NCBI RefSeq assembly: GCF_024521635.1
Contig: NW_026250403.1
Coordinates: forward strand, 2,604,001 to 2,668,000
Length of the DNA stretch: 64,000 nt
Source of the DNA: Tricharina praecox
Lineage: Eukaryota
Direction: 5' to 3'
Shown: positions 36,301 through 49,649 of the stretch, in pieces
Numbering within the stretch: the stretch's first letter is position 1
Layout of the letters: every line of letters begins with the position of its first letter
Program-made: the position numbers and the translations under genes
Notes under the pieces: model-generated
Told to the model about the DNA's origin: nothing
The model's database searches: none
What the model saw: the letters and a program-made list of their open reading frames with translations, nothing else

Positions 36301-37306
36301 CTCTGGCTCTGTTCCTCGATAACTACCGGGATGAATTCATCTCTCTGGCCGTCCAGCTTCCCGCCGTAGTCGCATGCCGCTGCACACCCACCCAGAAAGC
36401 CGACGTTGCCCGTCTGATCCGTGAATTCACCAAGAAACGCATCTGCTGTATCGGCGACGGAGGTAACGACGTGTCGATGATCCAGGCTGCCGATGTGGGT
36501 GTCGGTATCGTCGGTAAGGAGGGTCGGCAGGCCTCGCTGGCAGCAGATTTCTCCATCACGCAGTTCTGCCATCTCACGAAGCTGTTGGTCTGGCACGGAA
36601 GGAATTCTTATAAGCGCAGCGCGAAGTTGGCCCAGTTCGTGATGCATCGTGGTCTGGTGATTTCTGTGTGCCAGACCATGTTCAGTATCGCGAGTAAATT
36701 CGAGCCTATCGCCCTGTACCAAGTAAGTCGGATGCTTGGATTTTATTCCGAGATAATTCACTAACTCGTGAATAGGGATGGCTACTCGTTGGCTACGCGA
36801 CATTGTACACCATGGCCCCGGTCTTCTCGCTCGTCCTTGACCGTGACGTCGATGAGCACCTTGCCAACCTCTATCCCGAACTCTACAAAGAGCTCACGGA
36901 AGGCCGCTCGCTCAGCTATCGCACCTTCTTCGTCTGGGTACTCGTCTCGGTCTATCAAGGCGGGGTAATCCAAGGCCTCTCTCAGATCCTCGTTGGACTC
37001 GACCAATTCAAGCGGATGGTAACGGTATCATTCACGGTGCTCGTGCTAAACGAGCTGATCATGGTCGCTCTCGAGATCACCACATGGCATCTATGGATGG
37101 TTCTCGCCGAGGTGGGCACGGCAATCGCGTTCGTCTGTTCCATCCCGTTCCTGGGAGACTACTTTGAGCTCGATTACGTGCTCACCCTCGGCTTCCTGTG
37201 GCGCGTCGTCGTCATCAGCTCCATCAGTCTTATCCCCCCCTGGGTGGTCAAGGCGGTCCGCAGAAGACTCAAGCCGCCGAGTTATGCGAAGGTGCAGGGG
37301 ATTTGA
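33301..37306 (+). CDS. NEO1: P4-type ATPase phospholipid flippase, ATP9/Neo1 class
   Basis: Three exons. Motifs FIRTDQLDGETDWKLR, IIPISLRVNLDMGK, YLLSDKTGTLT, QASSPDE, WMLTGDKVETA, IGDGGNDVSMIQAAD, GKEGRQASLAADFS and C-terminal PPSYAKV. Confidence 0.96.
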
Positions 37307-38067
37307 GTTGTCTCGTGTCGTGTTTTTTCTTTTCGTTTCTTTTGGGTATAGAGTTTTTTTCTTTCGTCTCTCTTCTTTTCTTTGAGGCGGTGGCATGTAC
37401 TACTACTACTACTACTCTACTACGGATGGGTGGGATGGGTGGGATGGGATGGGATGGGTAGAATGGGATGGGATGTGGATCTGCTTTTTGGGTGATGCGT
37501 TTCGTTTCTTTTCGTCGGGTGGATTAGAATCGATATGATATGGCGGAGGGATGTATGTACCTCAAGTGGTGCACGTGCACGTTACGATTATGAATTGAGC
37601 TGTTTCGGAATCCGATCTGATCCGGGCGAACAAGTTGCTTCCAGAAGTGAGTGGACTACATAAATTTACGTAGGTGGTGTAGGCACTGCCGATATGTACT
37701 TCTCAATTCCGTAGGGACTCGGGAGTCGGGGGCTCTACCGTATTCAGCTCAATCGGTATAGTTTTCTCTACAGTAGATATGTACTTATTCCGTAGGCCTA
37801 CGGAACTTCCTGCACCAGGTACAGGAATGTCGTAAATGCATGCTTGCGTTAAACACGTCTCACTCACAGTACGTATTCTTGAAACTATCCAGAGGGTAGC
37901 TACAGTATGCATGCCGGATTCAGTGACCGGAGCATTCTGCTCAGCACGGCGTTTCGGCCGTAGGACTCTTGTCGTCATAGTTTTATTACAGTCTGGGTAG
38001 GGACTACTTGAGTAGCATGACAACGGTTTCTCTGCGCTACCTAGGTGCGTTGTTGTGCGAATAAGGT

Positions 38068-38128
38068 GGTTCTCTGGCAGTTCTCTAGTAGTTCTCTGGT
38101 GGTTCTCTGGGATTCTCTGGTATTCTGG
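38068..38128. repeat. 11-bp degenerate minisatellite (RGTTCTCTRGN) x about 5.5
   Basis: ggttctctggc agttctctagt agttctctggt ggttctctggg attctctggt attctgg. Confidence 0.85.
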
Positions 38129-40625
38129 ACACCGCATAATACTTTGCATTCAGAAGAACTACGGTAGTTCTTCCGGCTTTTCAGCAAGCCAGTATATAAG
38201 CGTATCTTTACAACACTGCGTATAATTGTCGATACATACTGTAGAATTGAGACTATAGGTAGAGGGGAAATATACTAGAGTAAATCTGTATTCTCCTGAC
38301 AGGCTGAGACTGCTGGATTGAAATCCGTGCGGTAGATGTGCAGAGTACTACTGGAGACCTTCGGCATCAATCGCACAACTCTTTTCGATGTGTTGTTTCT
38401 TCAATCATCATTGCATTCGACCTTAATACTGTACGGTAGATCATGGCAGATGACATACCCGTTTCCACCCGGCTGAGCTCGATATGTATGATACCGGTTC
38501 CCTATTGCTCTCCGCCCAGCCCTACATGCCCGCTCAACACCCACTGGCGCGAGTTGCCGCTTGTGACGCTATGTACATAGTGCTTGTGGCCAGCAAGACC
38601 GAGTGACCGACAATGATGCCGTGGAGTTTACAGGTCGACCCACTCCTACGGTTGCGTGTGGTGCAGTGTGATGATCATGGAGATGGTGGGCGCGATGCAC
38701 ATCTGCTAATAATGATATATATCCAGCATGGCATGTCGGGTCATGATATAGGTAGATGCTGTTTAACCCTCCGCTGGCTGGTTTTGTCGCTTTCATGTCC
38801 AATCATAGCACATACCATATTGAGCCGTGTGCTAAAGTCAGAAGCCTTATGTAGGCCTTATATAAAACGCGGAAACTATTTATGCCTTCCATGCGCCACT
38901 CATGAGCACGTCCAACTCATAAAGTTTCCGTAAGAGTTATGTCCAAATAAGGCCAATGTTCTCATAACCCTAGAATTCTCGTAACTCCTACATAATGCCT
39001 ATGCAGCGAAAACCGCTAGTACACAAATTGGCCTTCAGACTCACTGTGTAATTCTTGGGACTTTCCGCAGGCCTATGTACCTAGTCGTTTTTGACATGCA
39101 GAGCCATCCAGTTAAGACATTAAATCACACCTCTTCTCCGTTGATTTATGGAGAAGACTGCGAGGAGTCCTTGGTCGGTTGGGGCGCCCTACTTCCCATC
39201 ACGGTGATAAGTTCGAACTTTGAAGTGAAAAACAATTGGCAGCGCGAGTGATGTATGGTGATCCAATGTGATGGCACCCAATATTCTGCCACGAACTGGC
39301 GATGATGGTTGGGGATCAAGATACACCCCTTCTGAGACGCAGACTCCCCTTTGGGTTTATCTCAATGATAGCCTGGATGCCACGTTGTAGTTTGTACGTA
39401 CATAATGTATGTCCTCTGGGTATGATGTGTATGATGGCATGTACATCTGATGGGATAGGTATGTGTCGTTGGATTACTTCGCTCACTGGAGCTCTACTAC
39501 CTAATACTATAGCACACGTACCAAACCGAGTTCGCTGTGCCTGTCATAATAGAGTATAGGTACAGATATAGGTAGTAGAGTAGTTCAGGTGCTCCACAAA
39601 ATGGATCTTTCTCCGGGCGAGCGAGCGAGCGAGCGAGTGACAGCCGTGAACGCGACAGTCGAGATTACTATACCTACTACCGAGAGACCCTCGACGGGTA
39701 CGAGCAACTGATGGACATGATTCAATTGAAGAAAACAAAACAACGAGAAAAAGCAGACCTATGACTGGGAATATCTGTGGTTTTAATAATGTCTGATGTG
39801 TTGAACAACAGACCGACCGACTAGACGAACAGAAAAGCAACAACTGGAAACAGTTCAACATTCAACGGCCGCATAGGGTCTGCCCGCCATCACACCTTGG
39901 TCTCACCGTACTGCCGCTCGCCGCATCACAGAGGCACCTCTACTTCTGTGCTCTCTTAATAGTTAGATGTAGATAGGAGTTTACCGCGCCTTCTTCTTTT
40001 TCACAGACTCACGCAGTATCACCCGTCCATCATCCTCCTCCTCCTCCTCCTCCATCAATGAATAAACAAAACCAAAAACCCTCCCTCCTCCCCATCACCA
40101 TCCATAGAAACCACGACCCAAGCGTTCTCACCGCTCATGGGAAATTATCTCCCCCCACCCCATCCCACATCCCCCACCCCACGGACCCCAAACCCAGACC
40201 CAGACGGTCAGACCCGGGCCCCCCGGACCTTTCCTCCCCCCCAGACCCATTCCCGGACCCCAAACCCGGCCCGCCCCCACCGGCCCACCAGGGCCACCAC
40301 TTCTCGATTCAGGCTCGGTTATGTCTTTTCCAGGTCCCCAGCCCGAGCCGAGAAAAAAAAGGAACTCGAGGGACACGAGGGACGCGCATGTTTCTTCCGG
40401 AGGCATGGGTCATTGGGTCTGGGGCGCTGGCCCGCTGGGGAGTTCGCTGGGGAAACCCTACTAATTATACTTTGCATGCTTCTACGGTATATAGAGTAAC
40501 TGCTAGGTAGTATGTAGAGTAGGTAGGCAGGTACCTGGCTGGCTGGCTGGAAGCCGGCGGGTTCTTGGATCTTGGACCTTGGGATGTCCCATGCACGGTA
40601 CTACACCTATACTACCGGTTCGTGC

Positions 40626-40770
40626 GGAAGGGAGGAAGGGAGGAAGGGAGGAAGGGAGGAAGGGAGGAAGGGAGGAAGGGAGGAAGGGAGGAAGAGAGGA
40701 TGGGAGGAAGGGAGGAAGAGAGGAAGGGAGGAAGGGAGGAAGGGAGGAAGAGAGGATGGGAGGATGAAGG
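40626..40770. repeat. Polypurine (GGAAGGGA)n tandem repeat
   Basis: Directly visible 8-bp unit repeated over about 145 bp with a few variants (GGAAGAGA, GGATGGGA). Confidence 0.95.
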
Positions 40771-42184
40771 GAAGCGAAGGGGGCGAGCTGGATGTTGCAA
40801 TGCGATGCTATGTTATGTTATGCGATGCTGTGCTGTGAGCTCCTGTTGGTTCAATCGCGGGATGGGGAGGGGCTGTGTACTACCTATACTACAGGTATCG
40901 ACACGGAATCGATTTGGATGTGTGCACTGTGTGAGCCGTGGGCCAACACCGGGAGAGAGGCGCGCACCTGGACGCCTCTCGCCGGGCTTCTCGTGCCTTC
41001 TCGCTCTACTCCTGCGACTCCGGATCTTCGTGGCTCAGACTGCGATCTTCATGGCTCTGGACTTTGGAGTTGCGTACAATACAAGTTGTACTCTGTAGGT
41101 ATCATGTATGTGCATATCCGTTCTCGCAACAGCACAGACAACCCACCGCACAGATGGGTAACAGCATTGGTACTTATCTCATTACCTACATGCTTGGTGC
41201 TCTATACAACCACGAGCATCTGCCGAGCATCGTTACCGCGCCGCGCCGCGTCAGATGCGATATGTGTCTATCTTCAAGACACGGAATGTAACGCACCTCA
41301 CGCACCTCACCGTTCTTCAGCAGCGTGACCACCATTAGTCTCGGGCGGTGGGTCTTGATACGGCATCTACAGGTGTGTGTGTACTCCCCATAGATATGTC
41401 ACTGAGGTTTTTCTGACATGTTTGATGTCTCAGTCCACAATTCTGACGGGACTTGTAAGTTGTTTCCGTGTTTTCTCGAGTTCTGATAGGTACTCGACGG
41501 CGGGTGGAGGCGCAGTTTGTGTGTGGGTTTTTGTTTCGATGCTGGCTGAAAGAGGAGATGTGGAACAAGTTGTGCTTCTAGAAGGTGCATATGCCCTTTT
41601 CTTACTTACGTTGGTCTAACTGTGCCGAGTCTACTCTATGAATGTAGCGTAGGACTTGGCTCCAGGCTGAAGAAGCTCCCAAGGTTCCGTTCCGCATGTT
41701 CGCAGCCGCAAAACTATACTAACAAACTATTTCATGTGTCACAGACGCAAAGTTACGGTTAATCTACGCACGAGTACTGCCTGCGTAGGAGATTTGGTGG
41801 TGGTGGTGGTGGTCAGCACCCTTACTCCACCCTTACTCTACCCTTACCCTTGCCCTTGCCCAACCTGATGAGATGCCTGTGCTGCCTGTGCTGCCTGCCG
41901 AGGGGCAGAAGGAGATGAGCTCTCAAAAAAAAGATTCCGAGCTCGAGTGAGTGACGCAAACAATTCCCGGCGAGCAACCGTGGTGGTGGCTCGGACACCT
42001 ACCTGGCCATACCACAAAAAGTGGATGCTCCATAAGTAGTAGCCATGGCATGTTTCATCCCGTCCCTCCTGCTGCTGCTGCTGCCCTTCGGAAGCCGTGT
42101 TTATAAGCCCGCCCTCATCCCATCCCAATTCTGCGTGAACATCCCCACGATTTCTAGCATTTCCGCGCCCCCCTCCCCCCAACC

Positions 42185-43180
42185 ATGGCCGAAAACCACC
42201 AGCGATCGTACCCGCCCCGGGCCAGCAGTCCCGACCTCTTCCTCCTGCCGTCACCACACTCCCACCGGGGAAGCCGCACAACGCTCACACCCTCCGCGCT
42301 GCTCCTGCGGTTGACACACCTGCAGAGCACCCTGCAACAGCGCCGCAAGACCCTCGCGGCCCTATTCCTCCTCACCTTCAGCGTGCACACGCTGCTCTGG
42401 CCACCTCTGTCCCCCTCAGAGCCACACATCCCCGCCGCCCTATTGCTCTGGACGTTATTCCTCCTGCCCACCTCCACGCCCTGGGTGTTATCCCGCCTCC
42501 TCGCGCCAGCATGGATCTCGCTGTTATTCCGTCTTCTCGCGGGTGTCCTCCCCGCGCTCGTCGCGCCCGTCTACGCCCTCTGGGCGCTATCGGTATACGG
42601 GTGGGCGACGCACGCCGGCGTCCGCGGGTACGCGGACGGCACGTGGGCAGTGAGCGAGGAGGCAGCGCGGATACGGCAGGTACTGGCGGACGTGGAGGGC
42701 TCTGTTGGCGACTTTGCGACGCGGGTGTTGAGCCGCGTGTTGTGTGCTGATGTGCGCGGGGGACGGGTCGTGGAGGGGACAAGCCGCCGAGAGGGCACCA
42801 GCTGGACAAATGCTAGGTTGATGGTTTTTCGCCCGCCCGCGGGGGATAGGAAGGCGGTCTGGGCCGAGTTTGAGGGCTTCGTGGCTGCCGCAAAGAGTGA
42901 GATTGCGAGTTTGAGTGCGGAGGTCGAGGGCTTGCTCGGTGTGAAAAGGATGGGCGCGGAGGAGATGGTGTATAGGGAGCGGGTGAGGGTCTATGTGGAG
43001 ACCACGCTGGGTGTGTGGGAGGGGCTGTATGCCGAGTTGATGCATCCGCACGGGAAGGATGAGGCCGCGCGGCCAGAGGTTGGGGAGAGGTTGCCGAGGA
43101 GAGTTGCGAACGCCGTCAGGTGGTTTGAGGCCGTGGAGGAGAAGGGGATTGAGGTTGTGGTTGTTGATGAGGAGACCTGA
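42185..43180 (+). CDS. Hypothetical membrane protein (331 aa, intronless)
   Basis: Long ORF with good start context (AACCATGG), 3-4 hydrophobic segments in residues ~57-140 and a helical charged C-terminal half. It shows the same C-rich-start/G-rich-end skew as real genes here. No family recognised. Confidence 0.65.
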   Translation: MAENHQRSYPPRASSPDLFLLPSPHSHRGSRTTLTPSALLLRLTHLQSTLQQRRKTLAALFLLTFSVHTLLWPPLSPSEPHIPAALLLWTLFLLPTSTPWVLSRLLAPAWISLLFRLLAGVLPALVAPVYALWALSVYGWATHAGVRGYADGTWAVSEEAARIRQVLADVEGSVGDFATRVLSRVLCADVRGGRVVEGTSRREGTSWTNARLMVFRPPAGDRKAVWAEFEGFVAAAKSEIASLSAEVEGLLGVKRMGAEEMVYRERVRVYVETTLGVWEGLYAELMHPHGKDEAARPEVGERLPRRVANAVRWFEAVEEKGIEVVVVDEET

Positions 43181-43436
43181 GTTCATGCTTTTCTATCATG
43201 AGTTACGACGAACGGGTGTGGCAGTTTGTACTTATTGGTGCTGCAGTAATGGTAATTCAGGCTCGTGGAACATTTACGGCCAGACAAGCGATGATCGTGA
43301 CCGCCCTACAACAACTCTATCTGCACCTCGGAAGACTCCAAAACATTTAGCCCGCCAAAATGGTATAATATTCAAAAAACCTTCAAAAAACAGAACCCGG
43401 TACAAATGGTATCACATCTACTCGTCCACCCGGAGA

Positions 43437-45236
<1,800 letters not shown>

Positions 45237-45878
45237 ATCGTGCTTGTTGTTGTACGTGGAGTATAGAATAGAAATATGTGGGATTAAGTTATGTTGACAG
45301 GAAGGGGATGCTGCGAGGGAGGGAGGACGGAATAGTTGCACGATTAAGGGAGATGGAAGGAGAAAGTACGAGGATGGGAGCGGAAGACCACGATACTAGT
45401 AGTGGCAGCCGTCGTTGCATTTATGCGGGCTCTACCTGGCTGGCTGATGGCTGGCTGGCTGGCACGGTGACACGGCCTTGTGGCGGTCCACAGTAGTGGG
45501 GTGAACTACCCCCGCCATGGACGACCTGTCCCGGCTTGCTTGCTTAGTGCCGTGCAAAGCGGGGATCATAGCGTAAGAGCTCGCGACCAATACGGTTGGA
45601 CTGCAGAAACACGCTCTGGCCGCCGAAAATAAATCTTATTGAAAATTTTCTGCACGAGATCTAGAGTTGGAGCACAGAGCTGTCCTTCCGGAACGGATGA
45701 GAGAGAACAATGACATCGTCAAATCATCGCGTCGCACCTTGAAGAATGATAGTTATATTCATCTCGCATAGAAAAGACGAAGGTGAAGATGAGCATACGG
45801 AAAAGCAGACGTACAATACCAACAAACTCCATTGCCCAAACAGAATGTAATTACTAGACATCATCGTCGACATTTTCA

Positions 45879-47921
45879 CTACAGCTTCAAGAAGCTTGCA
45901 CTCGTCCCCACCTTGCGCCCCTTGACAGCCGTACCATCGACATTCGTCTTTTCTCCACCCTTTCCGATGACGGCGACATTGCCCCTCTTCAGGGTATCCA
46001 CCACATCCTTCTTGCTACCAGCCTTGACCTCGCCGCGTGTGATTCCAGCAGCAGCATTCCTCTTCCTGATCTTCTCCTTCTCCCTTCTCCTCCTGCGCTT
46101 CTTGTCGTCGCTCGACATCTCCCTCGTCGAAATCGGTGCTCCACTCTTGCCCACGATCTCGCGGCCACCGCCTTCCCCGACCGGTAGATACGCCTTGTCC
46201 TTACCGGGCTTGTATATTTCTTGCGGTGCGAGCATAGACACGTTCGCGGCCATACCGCCGGCAGCAGCGCTAGGCTGGGCCTCTTCCATCGAGATGGCTG
46301 GGGCATCGGATACGATCGCTAGAGTCGGCTTCGCGGGTTTCGGTGTGAAGTGCCAGCTGGTGAGGGCGTCGAGCTTGTGAGAAACATCCAGCCAGATGGC
46401 TTCAATCTCCCTGTGCTCTTTCTGCACCTTCTCGTCGGCCGCATCGAGGTTCTCGTCGGGATTCGTGGACTTGAGATGATCCTGCGCGTAGATTTCGGCC
46501 AGAGATTCCTGGGGCTTGGAGTCGTCGAGCTCAACCCGTCCACGTCGGAACTTGTCCGTAACATCGCCGGGTCGCCTCTTGATGACCTCGTCGAACTGTG
46601 CATCCAGAATACGACGTTTTATCATGTCCTCCAATCCCTCTGTAACCTCCTGTGTGATGACCGGTACCGGTTTGCCAGACCTCTCGAAGTCCATATCTTC
46701 CTCCAGCAGCGAATTGAGTGGTCGATCCCTCGCCTTCGCCTCTCCAGCCATCACCCACTGCTTCTTGGCGATATTCTCCTGTTCGAGCTTTCTGATTTCC
46801 TCCATGAGCGCGGCTTGACGTTTCTGGTGAGTCGAACGTCGGTTCATGGGATCGGCCATATCGCCCATTTCGACGTCTTCGTCGGACGCCTCATCCTCCT
46901 CGTCGAAAAGATCGCGACGAACCCTCGCCATATTTGACTCCATCGCCTCGAACTGGGCCTCGGGATCCATCTTTCGAGTGTCTTCCCTCCAGAAAACCTT
47001 CTTCTTGTCCTTTGGTTTCCCCGAATTCTTCTTGGCCGGTGGCGCAAAGAAGTCCTCATACATAAGATCATTCCCATTATCGCCCGTGCCCTGGTCAAGA
47101 TCTATGTCGTCGTCGCCGTCGTCACTACCCTCCTCATCTTCGTTTGCGAGGCCATTCTGTCCCGAATTTTTGCTGGGGATGTCCTCCTCTTCGTCGTCTT
47201 CGTCGGCAGCAATAGTCGCAGGATCAGCATCGTAATCGACCGCATCGTCGTCGTCTTCGTCAACCGGAGCACCCCGTGAATCTTCTAGTTCGAGAAGCTC
47301 GGTTTGTCTGTTGAAATCGTCGATCGAGAAGAAACCGTCGTTGAGACCGTGGACATCTTGCACAAACTCTTTGGCTTCGCTGTCGTCCTCTTCGTCGTCC
47401 TCCTCGTCCTCTGAGTCGCCCATATCCTCTCCCTCGAGCGCAACGCCACCTTCGTCGGCCTCCTCATCCTCGGCCTCCTCATCCTCATCTTCGGTTTCGT
47501 CCTCAAACCCAGCAAACTCTCCCTCCTCCCCACTAGCTTCCGTATCGCTATCCTCACCCATAACCACATCCTCCTCCTCACTCTCACTCCCACTCTCACT
47601 CATCGCCTGCTCAATCGCCATCCTCGCGGGCAACGCCAAATCCTTCACGAAGCCGTTCTCGACCACGCCGCGGACCTGTTCCCAGACCTGCTCGACATCG
47701 AAGCCGTCCAGGTAGACCATTCCGAGGCCATTATTCCCCTTCTTCAGCAGCGGGTCGAAGTACTGCTTGACGAGGTTCAGCGCCGCATCTTGAATCGCGT
47801 TGCCGGACGGCTGTAGGAACTCGTGCGGCGCATGTGTAAGGATCGACGTGAGCGCAGGCGTCTGTGTGTCCACTACCGAGACCGTCTTCGATGAGGAGGT
47901 AGAGGCAAAGGAGCCTGCCAT
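45879..47921 (-). CDS. MPP10: U3 snoRNP protein Mpp10
   Basis: Single exon. Motifs LDGFDVEQVWEQ, HGLNDGFFSIDDFN, KKQWVMAGEAKARDRPLNSLLEEDMDFE, LDALTSWHFTPKP, SMLAPQEIY and terminal SASFLKL*. The likely start is MAGSFAST at 47921, not the ORF-track start at 48083. Confidence 0.95.
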   Translation of the reverse strand: MAGSFASTSSSKTVSVVDTQTPALTSILTHAPHEFLQPSGNAIQDAALNLVKQYFDPLLKKGNNGLGMVYLDGFDVEQVWEQVRGVVENGFVKDLALPARMAIEQAMSESGSESEEEDVVMGEDSDTEASGEEGEFAGFEDETEDEDEEAEDEEADEGGVALEGEDMGDSEDEEDDEEDDSEAKEFVQDVHGLNDGFFSIDDFNRQTELLELEDSRGAPVDEDDDDAVDYDADPATIAADEDDEEEDIPSKNSGQNGLANEDEEGSDDGDDDIDLDQGTGDNGNDLMYEDFFAPPAKKNSGKPKDKKKVFWREDTRKMDPEAQFEAMESNMARVRRDLFDEEDEASDEDVEMGDMADPMNRRSTHQKRQAALMEEIRKLEQENIAKKQWVMAGEAKARDRPLNSLLEEDMDFERSGKPVPVITQEVTEGLEDMIKRRILDAQFDEVIKRRPGDVTDKFRRGRVELDDSKPQESLAEIYAQDHLKSTNPDENLDAADEKVQKEHREIEAIWLDVSHKLDALTSWHFTPKPAKPTLAIVSDAPAISMEEAQPSAAAGGMAANVSMLAPQEIYKPGKDKAYLPVGEGGGREIVGKSGAPISTREMSSDDKKRRRRREKEKIRKRNAAAGITRGEVKAGSKKDVVDTLKRGNVAVIGKGGEKTNVDGTAVKGRKVGTSASFLKL

Positions 47922-48508
47922 TGCGTGTGTGTGAGTGTGTGAGTTTGCCGTGGTTGGGGATTCTTGACAGCAGGTGGCAGCAATGCAGTTTTGGCACGGA
48001 TTAGATATTTTTTTTGCGCGGGGGATGGGTGAGGCTCTGCTTTTAGCGTGATCTGATGGATTGGGTATCGCTTGCAGATGCACTCCGTACCGTTACGGAA
48101 TTCAACATTTTCTTATATGTAATTGGCTTCCCATAGCCATACGATGAATCACTTTCTGCAGACCAAGGGCAAGGGATTTACGAAGCGATTTACATACTGC
48201 GCGATATCTACATTATTCACTCATGATCAATCACTCGGCATTGTATGACGTCATTACAGTACCAAGGCCCCACCAAGAACCGTGATCGACCGAGCTTTTG
48301 AGTAACTCTTGTTTATTAATTCTCTCCGCTTTTGCAGAAAGATAAAATACAAGATGGAGTCAAGAGTTCATCGAGGTCTCAGATTCGTCACTATTGAAAA
48401 AGGAAAACAGACAGAAAAGACCCATTTCTCCGTAACGCAACACCGATCATAAAATGCTCCAAGACTCAAGGAAAAAGGAAAAGAATCAATTGACTGAGGT
48501 CAATTGAT

Positions 48509-48964
48509 CTAGTGGGCCACCATGGAACCGTCGGTCATGTTCGTGTCACCCTGGCGCTCGGGGTTCTAATGAGATGTTAGTTGATGTTTTGGGAATACTG
48601 GTAGGCATGAGGTGGCTTACGGTCTTGGTCTGAGGACTTCCGTCGCGGAGAATCTTCTTGACGCATTCCTCCTCGTTGGAAGTACCAAACTCATTCTCCA
48701 AAGAGGAGTTTGAGGCGGTATCCATTATGCCCTGGGCTCCGTGCCTACAGCTCAATTAGTACGAGATTGATGTGAGGAGAAAGCAGAGGGTGCATACTTG
48801 TGGGTGGTGAAGATCTTCCATCCACTCAGGACCTGAGCCAAAGGCACAGACTGATCCTTCTTCCACTTCTGGTACTCCTCGGCGGAATCGACGATGACAA
48901 CGTAGGAGTTGTTGTCCTTTCCCTTGTAGATGATCTTGGTGAGTTCAGCGTTTCCACGAGCCAT
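48509..48964 (-). CDS. RTC3: SBDS N-terminal-domain protein Rtc3
   Basis: Three exons giving MARGNAELTKIIYKGKDNNSYVVIVDS..WKKDQSVPLAQVLSGWKIFTTHK/HGAQGIMDTASNSSLENEFGTSNEEECVKKILRDGSPQTKT/NPERQGDTNMTDGSMVAH*. Confidence 0.88.
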
Positions 48965-49649
48965 GATGGATGTTGTTAGGTGGTAGTTTGGTGGTGGTGG
49001 TGGTGATAGTTGTGAAGGGGATTTTTCGTTGGAGCGATTGTATTGGGTTTTGTGTGTGTGTGTGATGAGAATGAGGGGAAGGAGAAGGGGCGGGGCGGAG
49101 GATATAAGTAGGATTGTTGCTGTCGGTGGGGAAGAGACTGGAACGGGCAATGACATCATTGCGATTCGATCGACGGCCGCCAAGGTGGGCATCGGCCGCT
49201 CCTGGCACAACCAACGTCAACAAGGCGACCAGTCGCAGCTTAGCTTCGGCGGATTGCCTTGGTGAAGCCCAACTTTGGGGAGGTCCTGGCTACGTAGGTG
49301 TTCCCTAGTAGAAAAGGGAACATCGCGTGTTTGTCTGCGTACCGGTACTTGTACCTGACGGCAGATCTGGAGATGTCCCTGGATCAAAAACGTCACGGGC
49401 AGTGTAGACGAGGCGTAATCCTTCACGGCCCGGTGTATTAGATATCACCGCTATCACCGATGTCACATTGGAAGCTACGCATGTTCCGTCAACAAGCCCT
49501 GCTCGCACAATCTGTGAAAACTACATCATCACCAGACACATTTCCAGTTTACCAGAGTAGTTACGTTCAAAAAGCATCGATTACGCCAACCACGAACGCC
49601 CTTATAAACCGCTAAATTTGATAATGACTTTCCCAAGCTCCCAATCCGT

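Noticed and set aside
38762..38972. TTAACCCT (piggyBac-like end) and TAACCCTA (telomere-template-like)
   Set aside because: No matching AGGGTTAA partner nearby, and the match is too short to call a telomerase RNA template.
45640..45649. RRPE-like TGAAAATTTT near MPP10
   Set aside because: It lies downstream of MPP10 (upstream of UAP1), the wrong side for a ribosome-biogenesis promoter element.
48245..48254. Perfect CRE/ATF palindrome ATGACGTCAT between MPP10 and RTC3
   Set aside because: An isolated motif with no supporting context, so a target gene cannot be assigned.
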